Positions 49,036-61,744 of a stretch of 64,000 bases of DNA are shown piece after piece. Both the position numbers and the translations under genes were made by a program. Under the pieces are notes generated by a model that made no database searches, was not told the origin of the DNA, and saw only the letters and a list, made by a program, of their open reading frames with translations. Numbering within the stretch: position 1 is the first letter of the stretch; each line of letters starts with the position of its first letter. Source of the stretch: Mobula hypostoma (Eukaryota); assembly GCF_963921235.1 (NCBI RefSeq), contig NC_086108.1:85252001-85316000 (forward strand), read 5' to 3'.

Positions 49036-52000
49036 CAAAACAGATAAGCTCAATTCTGACAATGATTAAAATGCTACACTCTATTCAAAATTGTATATAA
49101 GTTTTAGGCAGAATGCATTAGAGAGAAATTGCAATGCTTTCCTCCAGTAACAATACACAAAATAACCATATAATCTCTTCACCTGCTAATGTTTATTATT
49201 CTTTTTGCATCTATTTTGGAGAGAGCTTTCAAAATAAACCTTGAAACATTGTCCAACAGCCCGTAAGAGGAAGCTCCTTCGATGACTCATGTAATTTCAA
49301 TCATATGAGCTTCACGGTGAATGTTATATGACAAAATGTAATCAGGAAACCACATGTGTGGCCACAAATCTCTGAAGCTGTTCTATATTTAAAAACGCAA
49401 ATGGGAATGTGTTTTAGATGTGGATTGCCACAATTTACAAGCATCCATGCAGGCTGCTTAAATCTAAAGTTCAATCTCTGCCACCCAGAGGTTCTATCAC
49501 ACAGTGATTTGCTAGGAAGTGAAAACATCTTGGAAACCACATTAATATAAATGGACAGAAAGTCACGCTCACAGTTTATACCCGTAGTAGCTAAGGCTTC
49601 AGTTTGGGAAGGTGATCTTGAAATGAGTATTCACAAGGTAGTAATACATCATTCCAGTGATCTTATCTTCACAGAAGATTCATCATATCCTAAACAACAG
49701 TTAGCATTTCAAAGACCCTCTCATCGTGTGTGAGAAGGAGGAGGAACATGACTCAGAGGAAAAATGGATAGAATTGGCCAGCATGAGAAATTCAGCATCC
49801 AAATGGTGTACGGAAAAATGGATTTATAGTTTGTTTTTAATGTGGATAATGTATCAACTTAGCTTAGAGTGTGGTAATCATATTTCAGTGTTATTAAATT
49901 TACAGTACTTCATGCAAAACCCCATGTGGTATTATCGATGCTGAAATTTTGCCCTGTTGGTCGTGTGCATGTGTCAAATGCCATGGTAACCAGTACCGAG
50001 GATGGATTCCACTCACTTTCCTAAACCTAAAATGGCTGCTTAAAGATATTTTGTCTGCCTCAGAGCGATTTAACCTTTTGACCAAAATATAAGTCAGTAA
50101 TGTGTATTTTAGATTATTGTCAGTTGGAATAAGACGTGGTTTTCAAAATAGTTAGTTCAAAATTGAAGCTGTCTTTCCTCATCAAAATTTAATGTGGATG
50201 GCTACTGACTCTGTTTAAGGGAAAATAGCCTGTACCATTACTGTGGTATCAGTTGATTGAAAGACATTTTGTCGTCTGGAACCTCTTATATAAAATGGTA
50301 ATACAAATAGAATGATACATTGTGGAATAGACTAATTTAACTGCTAAGTTCCAGGCCGCAGTTTCAATTATTGCTGTCAAGTGACAGAAATAAACAGACT
50401 ATTAGAATTCCAGAAAACAAAATCACAAATAGAATTTGACTGTCATCATGTCCTTTTGTTCCAATTTTGGGGTATTTCTCAATTTAGGAAACAGAACTCT
50501 CACCAGATACAGATGGGGTCCTCATTAATAAATGAAAATTGGAGTCAGATGGGGCAGTTGTGAACTGGATGACTTCTTTGTTTCTACTTACCTTCTGATG
50601 GCCACTGACTAATAACCCTGGATGATTGGTATTGAAAGAGTGGAAGAGCTTTCTTGTGATATTTAAAGGACTCCTCAGCTCCTGTGAAGTGAAATGCTGG
50701 AGGATTTTGAAACTAACACAGATTATTTGCTTGTGTTGCATGGTGCTCTCTTGTTAAAAGAGTTCAAGGTGCTTATCCTGCTGGAGAACATTTTGAACCA
50801 GAAAAGGGCTCCCGATGATCTAAATTTTATCATGTAATTAATCTTTGTTTGCAAGAGGAGAAAGCATACCAAGAGGAAAGATGATGGCAATGCAGAACTC
50901 CAGCTAGAGGAAGGCATGTTTTATGTTTATTGTACTGAGAAGCTGGGTGGTTGTGAATAAAACACACAGGGACGGAGAGCTGTGGAACAAGTGTGCAGCT
51001 GTTTATTTTGCTTGTAAGTCATCTACCCAGAAGGCCGTCACACATTACGTTTAGTACGCAGCACACAGGGAGGCTTGACAGCAACCCATAACGGTCAAAA
51101 TATACATGAATATGCAACAATTCCCTTCCCCCTTATTTTAAAGGTTCCTCCCCCTTCCCATACACAGACCAGCTGTAGAACTATTAACACTCAATGCAAT
51201 AATCAAGTTCAACCAACAACAAAAAACATTTTTTTCTAAATTAGCAAAAGAAGGTAGACTCTCTCTATTCCCAGACATAACCTTGCGGATTATTCTGTCC
51301 CATATGCTGAGGGTTAGCCACTAAACGAGATACTGAAACTGCCTGGAGGCTGCTTGTTAATGTGAGGGCATTGATGACCTGAGGATGACGCCAAAGTCAT
51401 TTTATTGCTTGGTGGTATACGTGTATATAGATTTTAGCTTGAGTACTGCCCTGACAGGAGGGGCCACCTCAAAAAGCAGAGGTGATGGGGGAGCACTGGC
51501 TGTGTTATTTGATCTTAATGGAGGTTCTACTGTCATTGTTTCAGAATTCTGTCCTATTCTACAACTGGATCGGTCAGTTTGTGTTAGCTTTCAGCAGCTT
51601 CAGAAATAGACAATGGATGATCAACATGCCTTCTCCAGATGTTTTGGCTACCAGTTTCCACTATTTACAACACAGGACCAGTTTCTGCCACCACCGTCAC
51701 AGGTATCCACCTTGTTCCAGAGATGTAGTTCCGAGCAAGTACTCTCTCTTCTGCTGTGAAACCTCTGTATTTTGCTTTGGCACATCTCCCCTCTTGGCTT
51801 TTCTGTTCAATCTCTGCCTTAAATACAGCCACAGCTGCATGTTGCAACAAATTACACAAATTCACCACCCTTTGGTGAAAGAAATTTCTCTGCATCTCTG
51901 TTTTTAATAGACGCTCCTCTAACCTGAGACTGTGCCCTCTTGTCTTAGACGCTCCCTCCATGAGAAATGTCCTTTCCACATCTACTCTGCCTAGGCCTTT

Positions 52001-52325
52001 CAACATTTGAAAGGTTTCAAGGAGATCCCCCGCATCCTTCTAATTTCCAGCGAGTATAGACCCAGAGCCATCAAACGTTCCTCGTATGATAATCCTTTCA
52101 TTCCTGGAATCATCCTTGTGATCCTCCTCTGGACCCTCTCCAATGCCAGCACATCACTTCTAAGATGAGGATCCCAGAACTGTACACAATACTCAAGGTG
52201 AGGCCTCACCAGTGCCTCATAAAGCCTCAGCATCACATCCCTGCTCTTGAAATGAATGCTAACATTGCATTTGCCTTCCTCACCACCAACTCAATCTGCA
52301 AGATAACCTTTAGGGTGTTCTGCAC

Positions 52326-52364
52326 CCCCGGGATCAATAAAGTATGACTATCTAACTAACTAAT
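52326..52364 (+). mobile_element. About 39-bp extreme 3' end of Rex1
   Basis: ccccgggatcaataaagtatgactat is the reverse complement of the Rex1 ends at 2571-2596 and near 31770. Confidence 0.8.
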
Positions 52365-53880
52365 ACAAGGACTCCCAAGTCCCTTTGCATCTCAGATTCC
52401 TGGATTTTCTCCCCATTGTGAAAATAGTCCGCACATTTATTTCTACGACCAAATTGCATGACCATGCGTTTTCCAACATTGTATTTCATTTCCCACTTTC
52501 TTGCCCATTCTCCTAATCTGTCTAAGTCCTTCTGCATCCTACCTGTTTCCTCAACACTACCTGCTCCTCCACCAATCTTCATATCATCTGCAAGCTTGGC
52601 AAAAAAGGCATCTGTTTCATCATCTGGTGGTCCCGACACCGACCCCTGTGGAACACTGCTAGTCACTGGCAGCCAACCAGACAAGGATCCTTTTATTCCC
52701 ACTTCCTGCCTCCTACCAATCAGCCAGTGCTCTAACCATACCTGTGACTTTCATGTAATACCATGTTCTCTTAACTTGGTAAGCAGCCTCACGTGTGGCA
52801 CCTTGTCAAAGGCCTTCTGAAAGTCCAAATATACAACATCCACTGTATCCCCTTTATCTATCCTACTTGTAATCTCCTCAAAGAATTCTGACAGGTTTGT
52901 CAGGCAGGATTTTCCCTGAAGGAAACCTTACTGACTTTGTCCTATATTATTCTGTGTCACCAAGTACTCCAGCACCTAATCCTTAACAATTGACCCTAAC
53001 ATCTTCCCAACCACTGAGGTCAGGCTAACTGGTCTATAATTTCCTTTCTGCTGCTTTCCTCCTTTCTTAAAGAGTGGAGTCACATTTGCAATTTTCTAGT
53101 CCTCTGGCATCATGCCAGAGTCCAATGATTTTTGAAAGATCATTTCTAATACCAGCACAATCTCTAACGCTACCTTTTTCAGAACCCTAGGCTGCAGTTC
53201 ATCTGGTCCAGGTGAGTTATGTACCTTTAGATCTTTCAGCTTTTTGAGCACCTTCTCCCCTGTAATAGTGTCTGCACTCACTTCCTTTCCTTTACACACT
53301 ACAACATCTGGCACACTGCTAGTGTCTTCCACAGTGAAGACTGATGCAAAGTATTCATTTAGTTCATCTGCCATCACCTTGTCCCTTGTTATTATTTCTC
53401 CTGCCTCATTTTCTAGCACTCCTATAACAACTCCCATTTCTCTTTTATTTTTTACATACTTGAAAAAGCTTTCACTGTCCACTTTGATAATATCTGCTAG
53501 TTTGCTTTCATATTTCGTCTTTTCCCTTCTAATGATTCTTTTAGTTGCTCTCTGTAGGTTTTTAAAAACTTCTCAATCCTCTATCCTTTGACTTCCCTTG
53601 TCAGCCATGGTTGCACTATTTTCCCATTTGAGTATTTCTTCATTTTTGGAATACGCATGTCCTGCATCTTCCTCATTTTCCCCAGAAACGTATGCCATTG
53701 CTGCTCTGCTGACATCCCTGCCAGCAGCACCTTCCAATTTACTTTGGCCAACTCCTCTCTCATACCACTGTAATATTAGAAACATAGAAACATAGAAAAC
53801 CAACAGCACAATATAGGCTCTTCGGCCCACAATGCTGTGCCGAACATGCACTTACTTTAGAAATTACCTAGGGTTACCCA

Positions 53881-56800
53881 TCATCATCAACATTATCAGG
53901 TGCCATGCCCAGTTTGAGCTTTGACTGCCATGGCCCACTCATTCCTGTTTCGGGTCAAGCGGATCAATTCATTGGTATTCATTTCCAGTTCTCTGGCTGC
54001 TGTCTCCATCATCATTTGTCTTTGTCTTCCTTTTGCTTTCTTCCCTTCAATCTTTCCCATAATTACCGTGCATTCTAACTTCTCTTTCCTAATCACATGT
54101 CCAATGAAGTTATGTTGCCTTTTCATGATCTCATACGTTACTTCTCTTTTTGTGTTTGCTCTGTTCATGACATCTCGTCAGATATTCGTTTCGTCCATGA
54201 TATTCTTTGCATCCTCCTCAAAAACCACATTTCTGCTGCTACAATTCATTTCCTCATGTTACTAGATTTTGTTTAACATTCTGAGCCATATAACATAACT
54301 GGATAAACGTAACATTTCAGTACTCTGAGGCGGGTTGTCATGTCTAGTTTAGTCATGTCCAGTTTAGTATTGGTCAGTACACTCTTCATTCTTGTAAAGG
54401 TGTCTTTTGCCATCCCTATTCTTCTTCTGATGTCCAAGTCACACCTGCCATCTGATGTCACCCAGCTTCCTAAGTAGCAAAAGTTCTGTACTTGTTTTAT
54501 GTCTTCCCCATTTATTCTCAGCTTGCAGACAGGATTCTCCTTCTTTTTGGATATCACCGTACATTCTGTCTTTTTGCAATTGATAGATAGACCCATTTTT
54601 GCACTTTCTTCAACTGTTTCTTCTGCACTTTCTGCACTGTTTCTTTTGCACTTTCTTCAACTAACACTATCAATTAAGTTTTGTAGTTCTTCCTCTGTAC
54701 TTGCAATTAACACAGTGTCATCTGCATATCTGAAATTATTGATGTTTTCACCGCCAGCTTTGATTCCCAAGATGTCTCTTATTTTTTGTAATATTGTTTC
54801 ACTGTACACATTAAATAAATCAGGGGAGAAAGCACACCCTTGTCTAACGCCCCTCTTGATTTTTGTAAACTGACTCACTTCTCCATCTATTCTTACAGCG
54901 GCAGTTTGTTCCCAGCACAGATTTCTGATTAGGCGGAGGTCTTTCGAATCTAGATCTAGAGTTTTCTGTAGTATTTCAAATAACTTAATGTGCTTCGCTT
55001 TATCAAATGCTTTTGTGTTGTCGATAAAACAAACAAACAAATCTTTTTGCACTAGAAAAGCTCATTCTGATAGTATCCTTATCACAATACTGCGTTTCTT
55101 GTACCTTGTCTTTCACAAAACCACATTGTTCTTTGCCTATTTCAGCTTGTATCTTACTTTTAGCTCTTGTCGTCAAAATTGTTAGAAGTATCTTGGTGAT
55201 ATGACTCATTAAACTTATGGTCCTATGTAATTCACATTCTATTGCTTCAGCTTTCTTAGGAAGAGTGATAAATACTGATTCTTCATCTCTTCTGGTATTA
55301 TTCCAGTCTCATAAATGTCATTGATTAAATCAGTAAGTTTTTCAATTCCATAATCTTCAAGGGCAATAATTTGTTCTGTTACTAATTCATCAGGACCTGC
55401 TGCCTTTCCTTTCCTCGTCTTATTTATTGCATTACAAACTTCAGATTTTAAAATACTTGGACCTTCAATGTTTTTCTTAATTTCTGGTTTTTCGCCTCGA
55501 TCGTCTTCAAACAATTCCTGAATATACTCAGTCCATCTGTTCATAATCTCATCTTTTTCCATGATAATGGTACCGTCCTTTGATTTCAAACATCCACCTG
55601 AAGAACAGAGGAGCTTTTTACCAGTGAGGTTCTTGATTTGTTGATGTAACCTTTTTGGATCAGTAATAGGGATTCCTTCTATTTGCTCACATTCCTGGTT
55701 TAACCATTCTTCTTTGGCTTTTTGACATAAGCTTTTAACTTTTTTATCTAAGGACTTATATTCTACAGGATTTGCTTTCTTCCTTCTCCTTTCTTCCATT
55801 AGCTTTTTGATTTCATCTGTCATCCATTTATTTTTTGTGCTTTTTTCTTTTTTAGGAATCACTGACTTTGCTGATTCTACCAAGGCATCTTTTAGCGAGT
55901 TAAATTTCATTTCTACATGATTGCTATCATCTTCAACAGATTCTATTTCTAGACTTTGAAATCTATTCCTTACTTCAATTGTAAATTTTTGTCTTAAGTT
56001 TTCTTATTTAGTTAATTGCAAGTAGTCAAGGGATTGTTCAGGTTTTTGCTTCTTTAGTTTTTTAAGATTTACTTTTACATGACATACTACTGGGTTATGG
56101 TCACTATTACAGTCTGCACCTGGATATGTTTTGCATTGAGTCACTGAGTTTCTAAATCTCTGGTTTATAGTAATAAAGTCAATTTGATTCCTAATGTTAT
56201 CACCTGGACTTTTCCAGGACCACAAGCATCTTGGATGGTTTTTAAAGTAGGTTTTCATAATGACCTGATTATTCATCTTGCACCATTCTACCCATTTCTC
56301 ACCTCTTTCATTTCTTTCCCCTCGTCCAAATTTTCCTATGATATTCCCATCAGCACCTTGTTGTCTTCAGCATTTAGATCTCCCATGACAATAACAATAT
56401 CTTGAGATTTGCATCCATTCTTTGCTTGTTCAAGCTCTTCATAGAATTTATCTATATCTTCATTTGTTCCATCTGTTGTTGGTGCATATACCTGTATAAT
56501 TGCTAAATCGAATGGCTGTCCTCTGAATCTAACAAGGAGCACTCTTTCTGATATTGCCCAATGTCCTAAAACACTTTTTGCCGTGTTTTCGTCCATAAGA
56601 ATTCTTACTCCATTAGTATGGGGTGTTTCACAAGAATAAACTAGTGTTTTACTTTATTTCTAATCTGGCATGTTCCAGCACCTATCCAATGAACTTCGCT
56701 AATTCCCATGATGTTAATCTTTAGTCTTTCCATTTCATTTATCACATTGTCTAATCTTCCTGCTTGATATAGGGTTCTTACATTCCAAGTGGCAATAATT

Positions 56801-57276
56801 TTCTTTTGTATTAGTTGAATTTTATGAGCAGTAGCTTAATGACGGTCGGGGATTCTCTGCTGGCCTGAATCAACCCTACCAAGCGAAACATCTTCAGAGT
56901 TGTCTTGAAGATCCTCTTGACGCTGTTGTTGTGTGGCCTTCGCTCGTATTCTGAGCAGGAACCCTTGCAGGCCTACCGTTGCAGGTCGGAGCGGCCCTGG
57001 GATCAATGAATGACTAAAGGGTAACTCCACATTCCTCAAATCTCTGAAAGTCCCCAATCAGAGCCTCATCACTGTTTGCAGTTTAGAGTCATACCCAGGA
57101 CTGAAATTCGGAATCTACCCTCGCCTCTGCCTGTTTACGCCAAAGCCTGCTGATCCAAAGCTGTCCCACTCTGGCTCAGTCCACTCCGACGATGGCCGCT
57201 TCGCTGGATGAAACTTCTTTTATAGTGCGCTAACTGACCGACTCTCTTCAGCTGCTCCGCTCCCAATTGGTTGGCC
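53881..57276 (-). mobile_element. Full-length RTE-clade (BovB-like) LINE, about 3.4 kb, frameshifted
   Basis: IIQVYAPT, VMGDLNA, IDFI, SDHNPV (APE); KAAGPD; RGVRQGC...SP; RYADD; YLGS; (TGA)n-like tail. Confidence 0.93.
57217..57270 (-). promoter_or_regulatory. CCAAT and TATA boxes at the 5' end of the RTE insertion
   Basis: Minus strand CCAAT 57266-57270 and TATAAAAG 57217-57224, then GCGGCCAT about 20 nt downstream; CpG-rich. Confidence 0.5.
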
Positions 57277-57328
57277 GTAGCCCTCTATTTTTCTAAGCTC
57301 CATGTACCTATCCAGGAGTCTCTTAAAA

Positions 57329-57542
57329 CAGGGGTCCCCAACCTTTTTCGCACTGTGGACTGGTTTAACATTGACAATATTCTTGCGGACTGGCCGATGG
57401 GGGTGGGGATGGGTGTTCAAGTGCAACTGTGCGTGACAAGGAATGAGGAAAGGTGCAGCTGACTCATATTGTTTCCTCGCAGCCCGGTAGCACATCTTTA
57501 CCGCCCGGTACCGGTCTGCAGCCCGGTGGTCGGGGACCACTA
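57329..57542. mobile_element. hAT (Charlie-like) MITE, 214 bp
   Basis: TIRs caggggtccccaacc / ggtcggggaccacta; perfect 8-bp TSD tcttaaaa 57321-57328 / 57543-57550. Confidence 0.9.
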
Positions 57543-59976
57543 TCTTAAAAGACCCTATCATATCTGCCTCCATCACCGTTGCCGGCAGCCTACTCCATGC
57601 ACTCACCACTCTCTGCGTAAAAAAACTTACCCCTGACATCTCCTCTGTATCTACTTCCAAGCACCTTAAAACTATGCCCTCTCGTGTTAACCAACTACTG
57701 CTACATCAGACTTTACTTGTTCCCTATCAATTTTCAAGCTGAACTCAATCATATTGTGATCACTGGTTCCTAAGGGTTCTTTTACCTATTTACTTTTTCT
57801 TTTATGATTAGGCTTCCTAATCGCCTCCGGTTCATTACATAACACCAAATCCAGTATGTCAGCAAGAATGTGCGAGGACATTAGTTGAGGATTCCACTTC
57901 CCACTAACGTCTTAATGACTTGTTTCATTGTTTGTACGAATCATTCAGGAAGGCCATTCTTAGCCGGATGATATAGCGCTGCTCTGATGTGCTGAATAAC
58001 ATCTGCTTCCATTAATGCCTTGAACTCTTCAGACAGGAGTGTGGGCCAATGTCTTTTACAAGCTGTTGAGGAAGACCAAAACTGCTAATTATAGAACGTA
58101 GCTCCTCAGTATACTTTTTAGATGTAGTGCTCTCCATGATTGCAACCTCAGCCATTTACTCTGTGTGTCCATTATGACCAAGAACACATAGGTCCTGCAA
58201 GATCTATGTCAATCTTCTGCCATGGTTTTTCGGGCTATTCCCATGGATGTAAAGGAGCAAATTGAAGAACATTCCTCATTCACTGACAATGTGGACATGT
58301 TTTTGCCTTCTCTGCAATGGTCACATCTAGTCCTGGCCACCAGAAGTAGCTGTGTGAGATTTCTTTCGTGTGTACTCTGCCTCAGTGTCCTACATGCAGT
58401 TTGTCAAGTGCCTACTTTCTTAATGGTGGAAGAATGACAACATGGCAGCCCCGCAGTAAACATCCTGTTTGGACTGTAAGCTCCTTCCATTGAGCCTGGT
58501 AAGGTTTCAATTCTATGGTTGCCTCTCCTTTCCATTCATGAGTTACCATGTCCACCACTTTAGAAGACACAGGCTCAGTACCTGTGTGCTTGCAGACTTG
58601 CACTGCAGTTATTGGAGCTGTAGGCACTTCCTTGAAGTAAAAAAATCTGTTTTGGGGATGGCTCGGAAGCTGTAACAGGTAAGGGAAGTCTGGATAGTCT
58701 ATCGGCATTTGAATGGTGCTATGACCTCCTGTGCTTTATATCGTACTGATGTGCAGATATAACAAAGCCCAGCATTGCATTTGACTAGCGGCCAGAGAAT
58801 TAATGCCAGCATGTGGATCAAAATCTGATGATCTGTCAGCAGATTAAATCGTCAACCAAAGAGGAATTGATGGAATTTCTGAACTCCAGAGACAATTGTG
58901 AGTGCTTCCCGCTCGATCTGGGCACAGTGGCTTTCTGCCTTGCTTAATGACGTGATGTGAAAGCAATTGGAAGCATTTCACTCAATGTCATTTTGTGGGG
59001 TAACTGCCCCCACACCATAGGGTGATGCATTGCAGGCCAAATGTATGGACAATGACGGGTTCAAGTGTGTGAGTGCTTTAGACAGTGACAAAACTGTTTT
59101 GGCCTTTTTAAAAGCCTCTTCACATTGATCTGTCCACTGCCAGTGTGTTGACCTATTTAAAAGCTCATGAAGTGGTTTAAGCATGCTAGCTAGGTTAGAA
59201 TCAAACATTGTGTAGTACATTAGTAATCCTAAGAAAGATCTTAATTGACTTACATTCTGTGGTGATAGAGCCGCCACAACTGCCTTTACCTCTTGCTGGT
59301 GCCTTGTAAAGCCCTGAGTTGTCAATCACATGGCCCAAATATTCAATTGAAGGTCAAAAAAACTCACACCTGTCCTTCTGGACCTTTAGCCTGTATTCTT
59401 CGAGTCTTTGTAGTGTAGCACCCAAGTTTCGCAGGTGCTCACACTCAATTTTACTAGTAATGAGTAAGTTATCCAAATAGCATTGCACCCCTGCCAACTT
59501 GCTTAGAATCTGGTCCATTGCCCATTGAAAAAGTGTGGGAACCTAGGTGATGCCAATGGAAGTCTTCAATACCTGAACATTCCTTTGTGAGTCACTCTGG
59601 TCAACAGTTCCTGTGACTGTGGCTTCACACGCATCTGCAAGTAACCTTGACACAACTCAATCTTGCCAAATGTCTGTTCTCCGGCCAATCCTGCAAAAAG
59701 TTCATCGATGAGGGGAAGAGGGTATTGTTCAGCTGTAACAACTGGGTTAATAGTAAACTTGAAGACTCCACTACGGCTTAAAGACCCTTTGTTTTTTAGG
59801 ACAGGAAACACTGGAGTTTCCCATTTACTTACACACATGGGTTCCAACACTTTACTCTGGACCTGTCCTTCCACATTTGGTTTGTCTGGAACAGGCCTCC
59901 TCTTCAGGCATTTGGGTGTTATGTCATGTTTAACAGCTAACTTAACATTGGTCCTTTCATACTGCCCATTCTCTAT

Positions 59977-60470
59977 TCACCAGATTGATTCCTGGGATGG
60001 CAGGACTTTCATATGAAGAAAGACTGGATGAACTCGGCTTGTACTCGTTGGAATTTAGAAGATTGAGGTGGGATCTGATTGAAATGTATAAAATCCTAAA
60101 GGGATTGGACAGGCTAGATGCAGGAAGATTGTTCCCGATGTTGGGGAAGTCCAGAACGAGGGGTCACAGTTTGAGGATAAAGGCGAAGCCTTTTAGGACT
60201 GAGATTAGGAAAAACTTCTTCACACAGAGAGTGGTGAATCTGTGGAATTCTCTGTCACAGGAAACAGTTGAGGCCAGTTCATTGGCTATATTTAAGAGGG
60301 CGTTAGATATGGCCCTTGTGGCTAGGGGGATCAGAGGGTATGGAGGGAAGGCTGGTGCAGGGTTCTGAGTTGGATGATCAGCCATGATCATAATAAATGG
60401 CGGTGCAGGCTTGAAGGGCTGAATGGCCTACTCCTGCACCTATTTTCTATGTTTTCTATGTTTTCTATGT
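59977..60470 (+). mobile_element. Young CR1 3' fragment inside Gypsy pol
   Basis: 127-aa C-terminus; (ttttctatg)n tail; sibling of 44998-46021. Confidence 0.93.
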
Positions 60471-61527
60471 TTCAACACCTCTCGTAGACCAATGCTCCCA
60501 ACAATCAAATGCACTTTGTACCAGTTGAGTTTGAGCGGCTTCTGGTTAGAGCAGCTCAGAGGCGCTGGATAACTACTTTTAACAATGTACAGTGGAAGTT
60601 TCCTTTTCAGTTCATGTACAATTACTACTCCCCTTACCAGAGCAACCTCACCAGTGTAAGCTTTTAAATTCAACCTTGCCCTTTCTGGGATGAGATACTG
60701 CAATTTCTCCTTGTGAACTGTGGCCCCATCAAACCATGAGATCACCTGATAGCCGTTTTCATGTCCTGAAAAAGATAAGAACATGCAAAACTCCTTTAAC
60801 CACAGAGTGAGCCACTTGGTCCATCCTCAGTCTGCTCCATCTGGTTCACTTGATTCCTTTTGTTTTCCAAAAGTAATTTTTCATCACTACAGTCTTTTTT
60901 TTGATAACGTCTTTCTACATTTATAGGCACATTCTATATATCCCTTTTTGCCATAGCTTAGGCCAAAAGAATCCTTATACCAGCATTCTTTTTCTAAATG
61001 CCCAGTTTTGCCACAACAGTAACAATAATTGCCAATAGGTACCTTATCCTTAAAGTCAGCAGAAACTTCATTAACTTGGGAAAATGTGCTTAATAGCTGT
61101 GTTCTTTTGCTGTCATCTCCATAAATGTACCAATCTCCACTGTCTTCCGTAAGGTCAGTCTATCTTCCGTAAGCAAATGTTTCTGAATTGCCTCACTACA
61201 CAGACCACATATGAGTCTACTATGTAACATGTCATTCAACAGCTGCCCAAAATCACATTGCTCGGGCAATTGCTTCAGCACTGCCACAAATTGTGAAATA
61301 AACTTGACTTCCTTTTGATTCCTTTCATGAAGTCTATAACTCTCAGCGATAATCAAAGGTTTAGGTGACTAATGGTCCTTTAAGACTTTAATTATGTTCT
61401 TGTAAGGCATATTGCCAGGCTTAGTAGGTCGTACTAGACTGTAAAAAATTAAATACTTCTGCACTCTTTACAGTCAGAAACGTTGGAACATGAATATCAC
61501 CTGAAATTTGATTTGACAGTGCAAAAT

Positions 61528-61744
61528 TTAAGGACTCTGTTATATTGTCATTCCATGCTCCTTATTTATTGCTGTTTATTTATATCTGCATTTGCACAGT
61601 TTGTTTACAGTTAACAGTTCCTGATGTTTCGAATTTACAGTTACCGCTCTATAGATTTGCTAAGCATGCCTGCAGTAAAAGAATCTCAGGGTTGTATGTG
61701 GTGACATGTATGTACTCTGATAAGATACTTAACTTTGAACTTTG
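61528..61744 (+). mobile_element. Rex1-type 3' tail fragment inside Gypsy gag
   Basis: aatctcagggttgtatgtggtgacat...actttgaactttg; TSD aaaat 61523-61527 / 61745-61749. Confidence 0.7.

Larger units (their letters stand above)
53776..57693 (-). mobile_element. CR1 3' fragment split by an RTE and a hAT MITE
   Basis: 53776-53880, 57277-57328 and 57543-57693 join into a copy of 1448-1716. Confidence 0.88.
51805..57858 (-). mobile_element. CR1 LINE (51805-53775 plus 57694-57858) inside the Gypsy integrase region
   Basis: RPHLEYCVQFW, VPQGSVSGP...KLADD, SPGPDEL. Confidence 0.9.
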
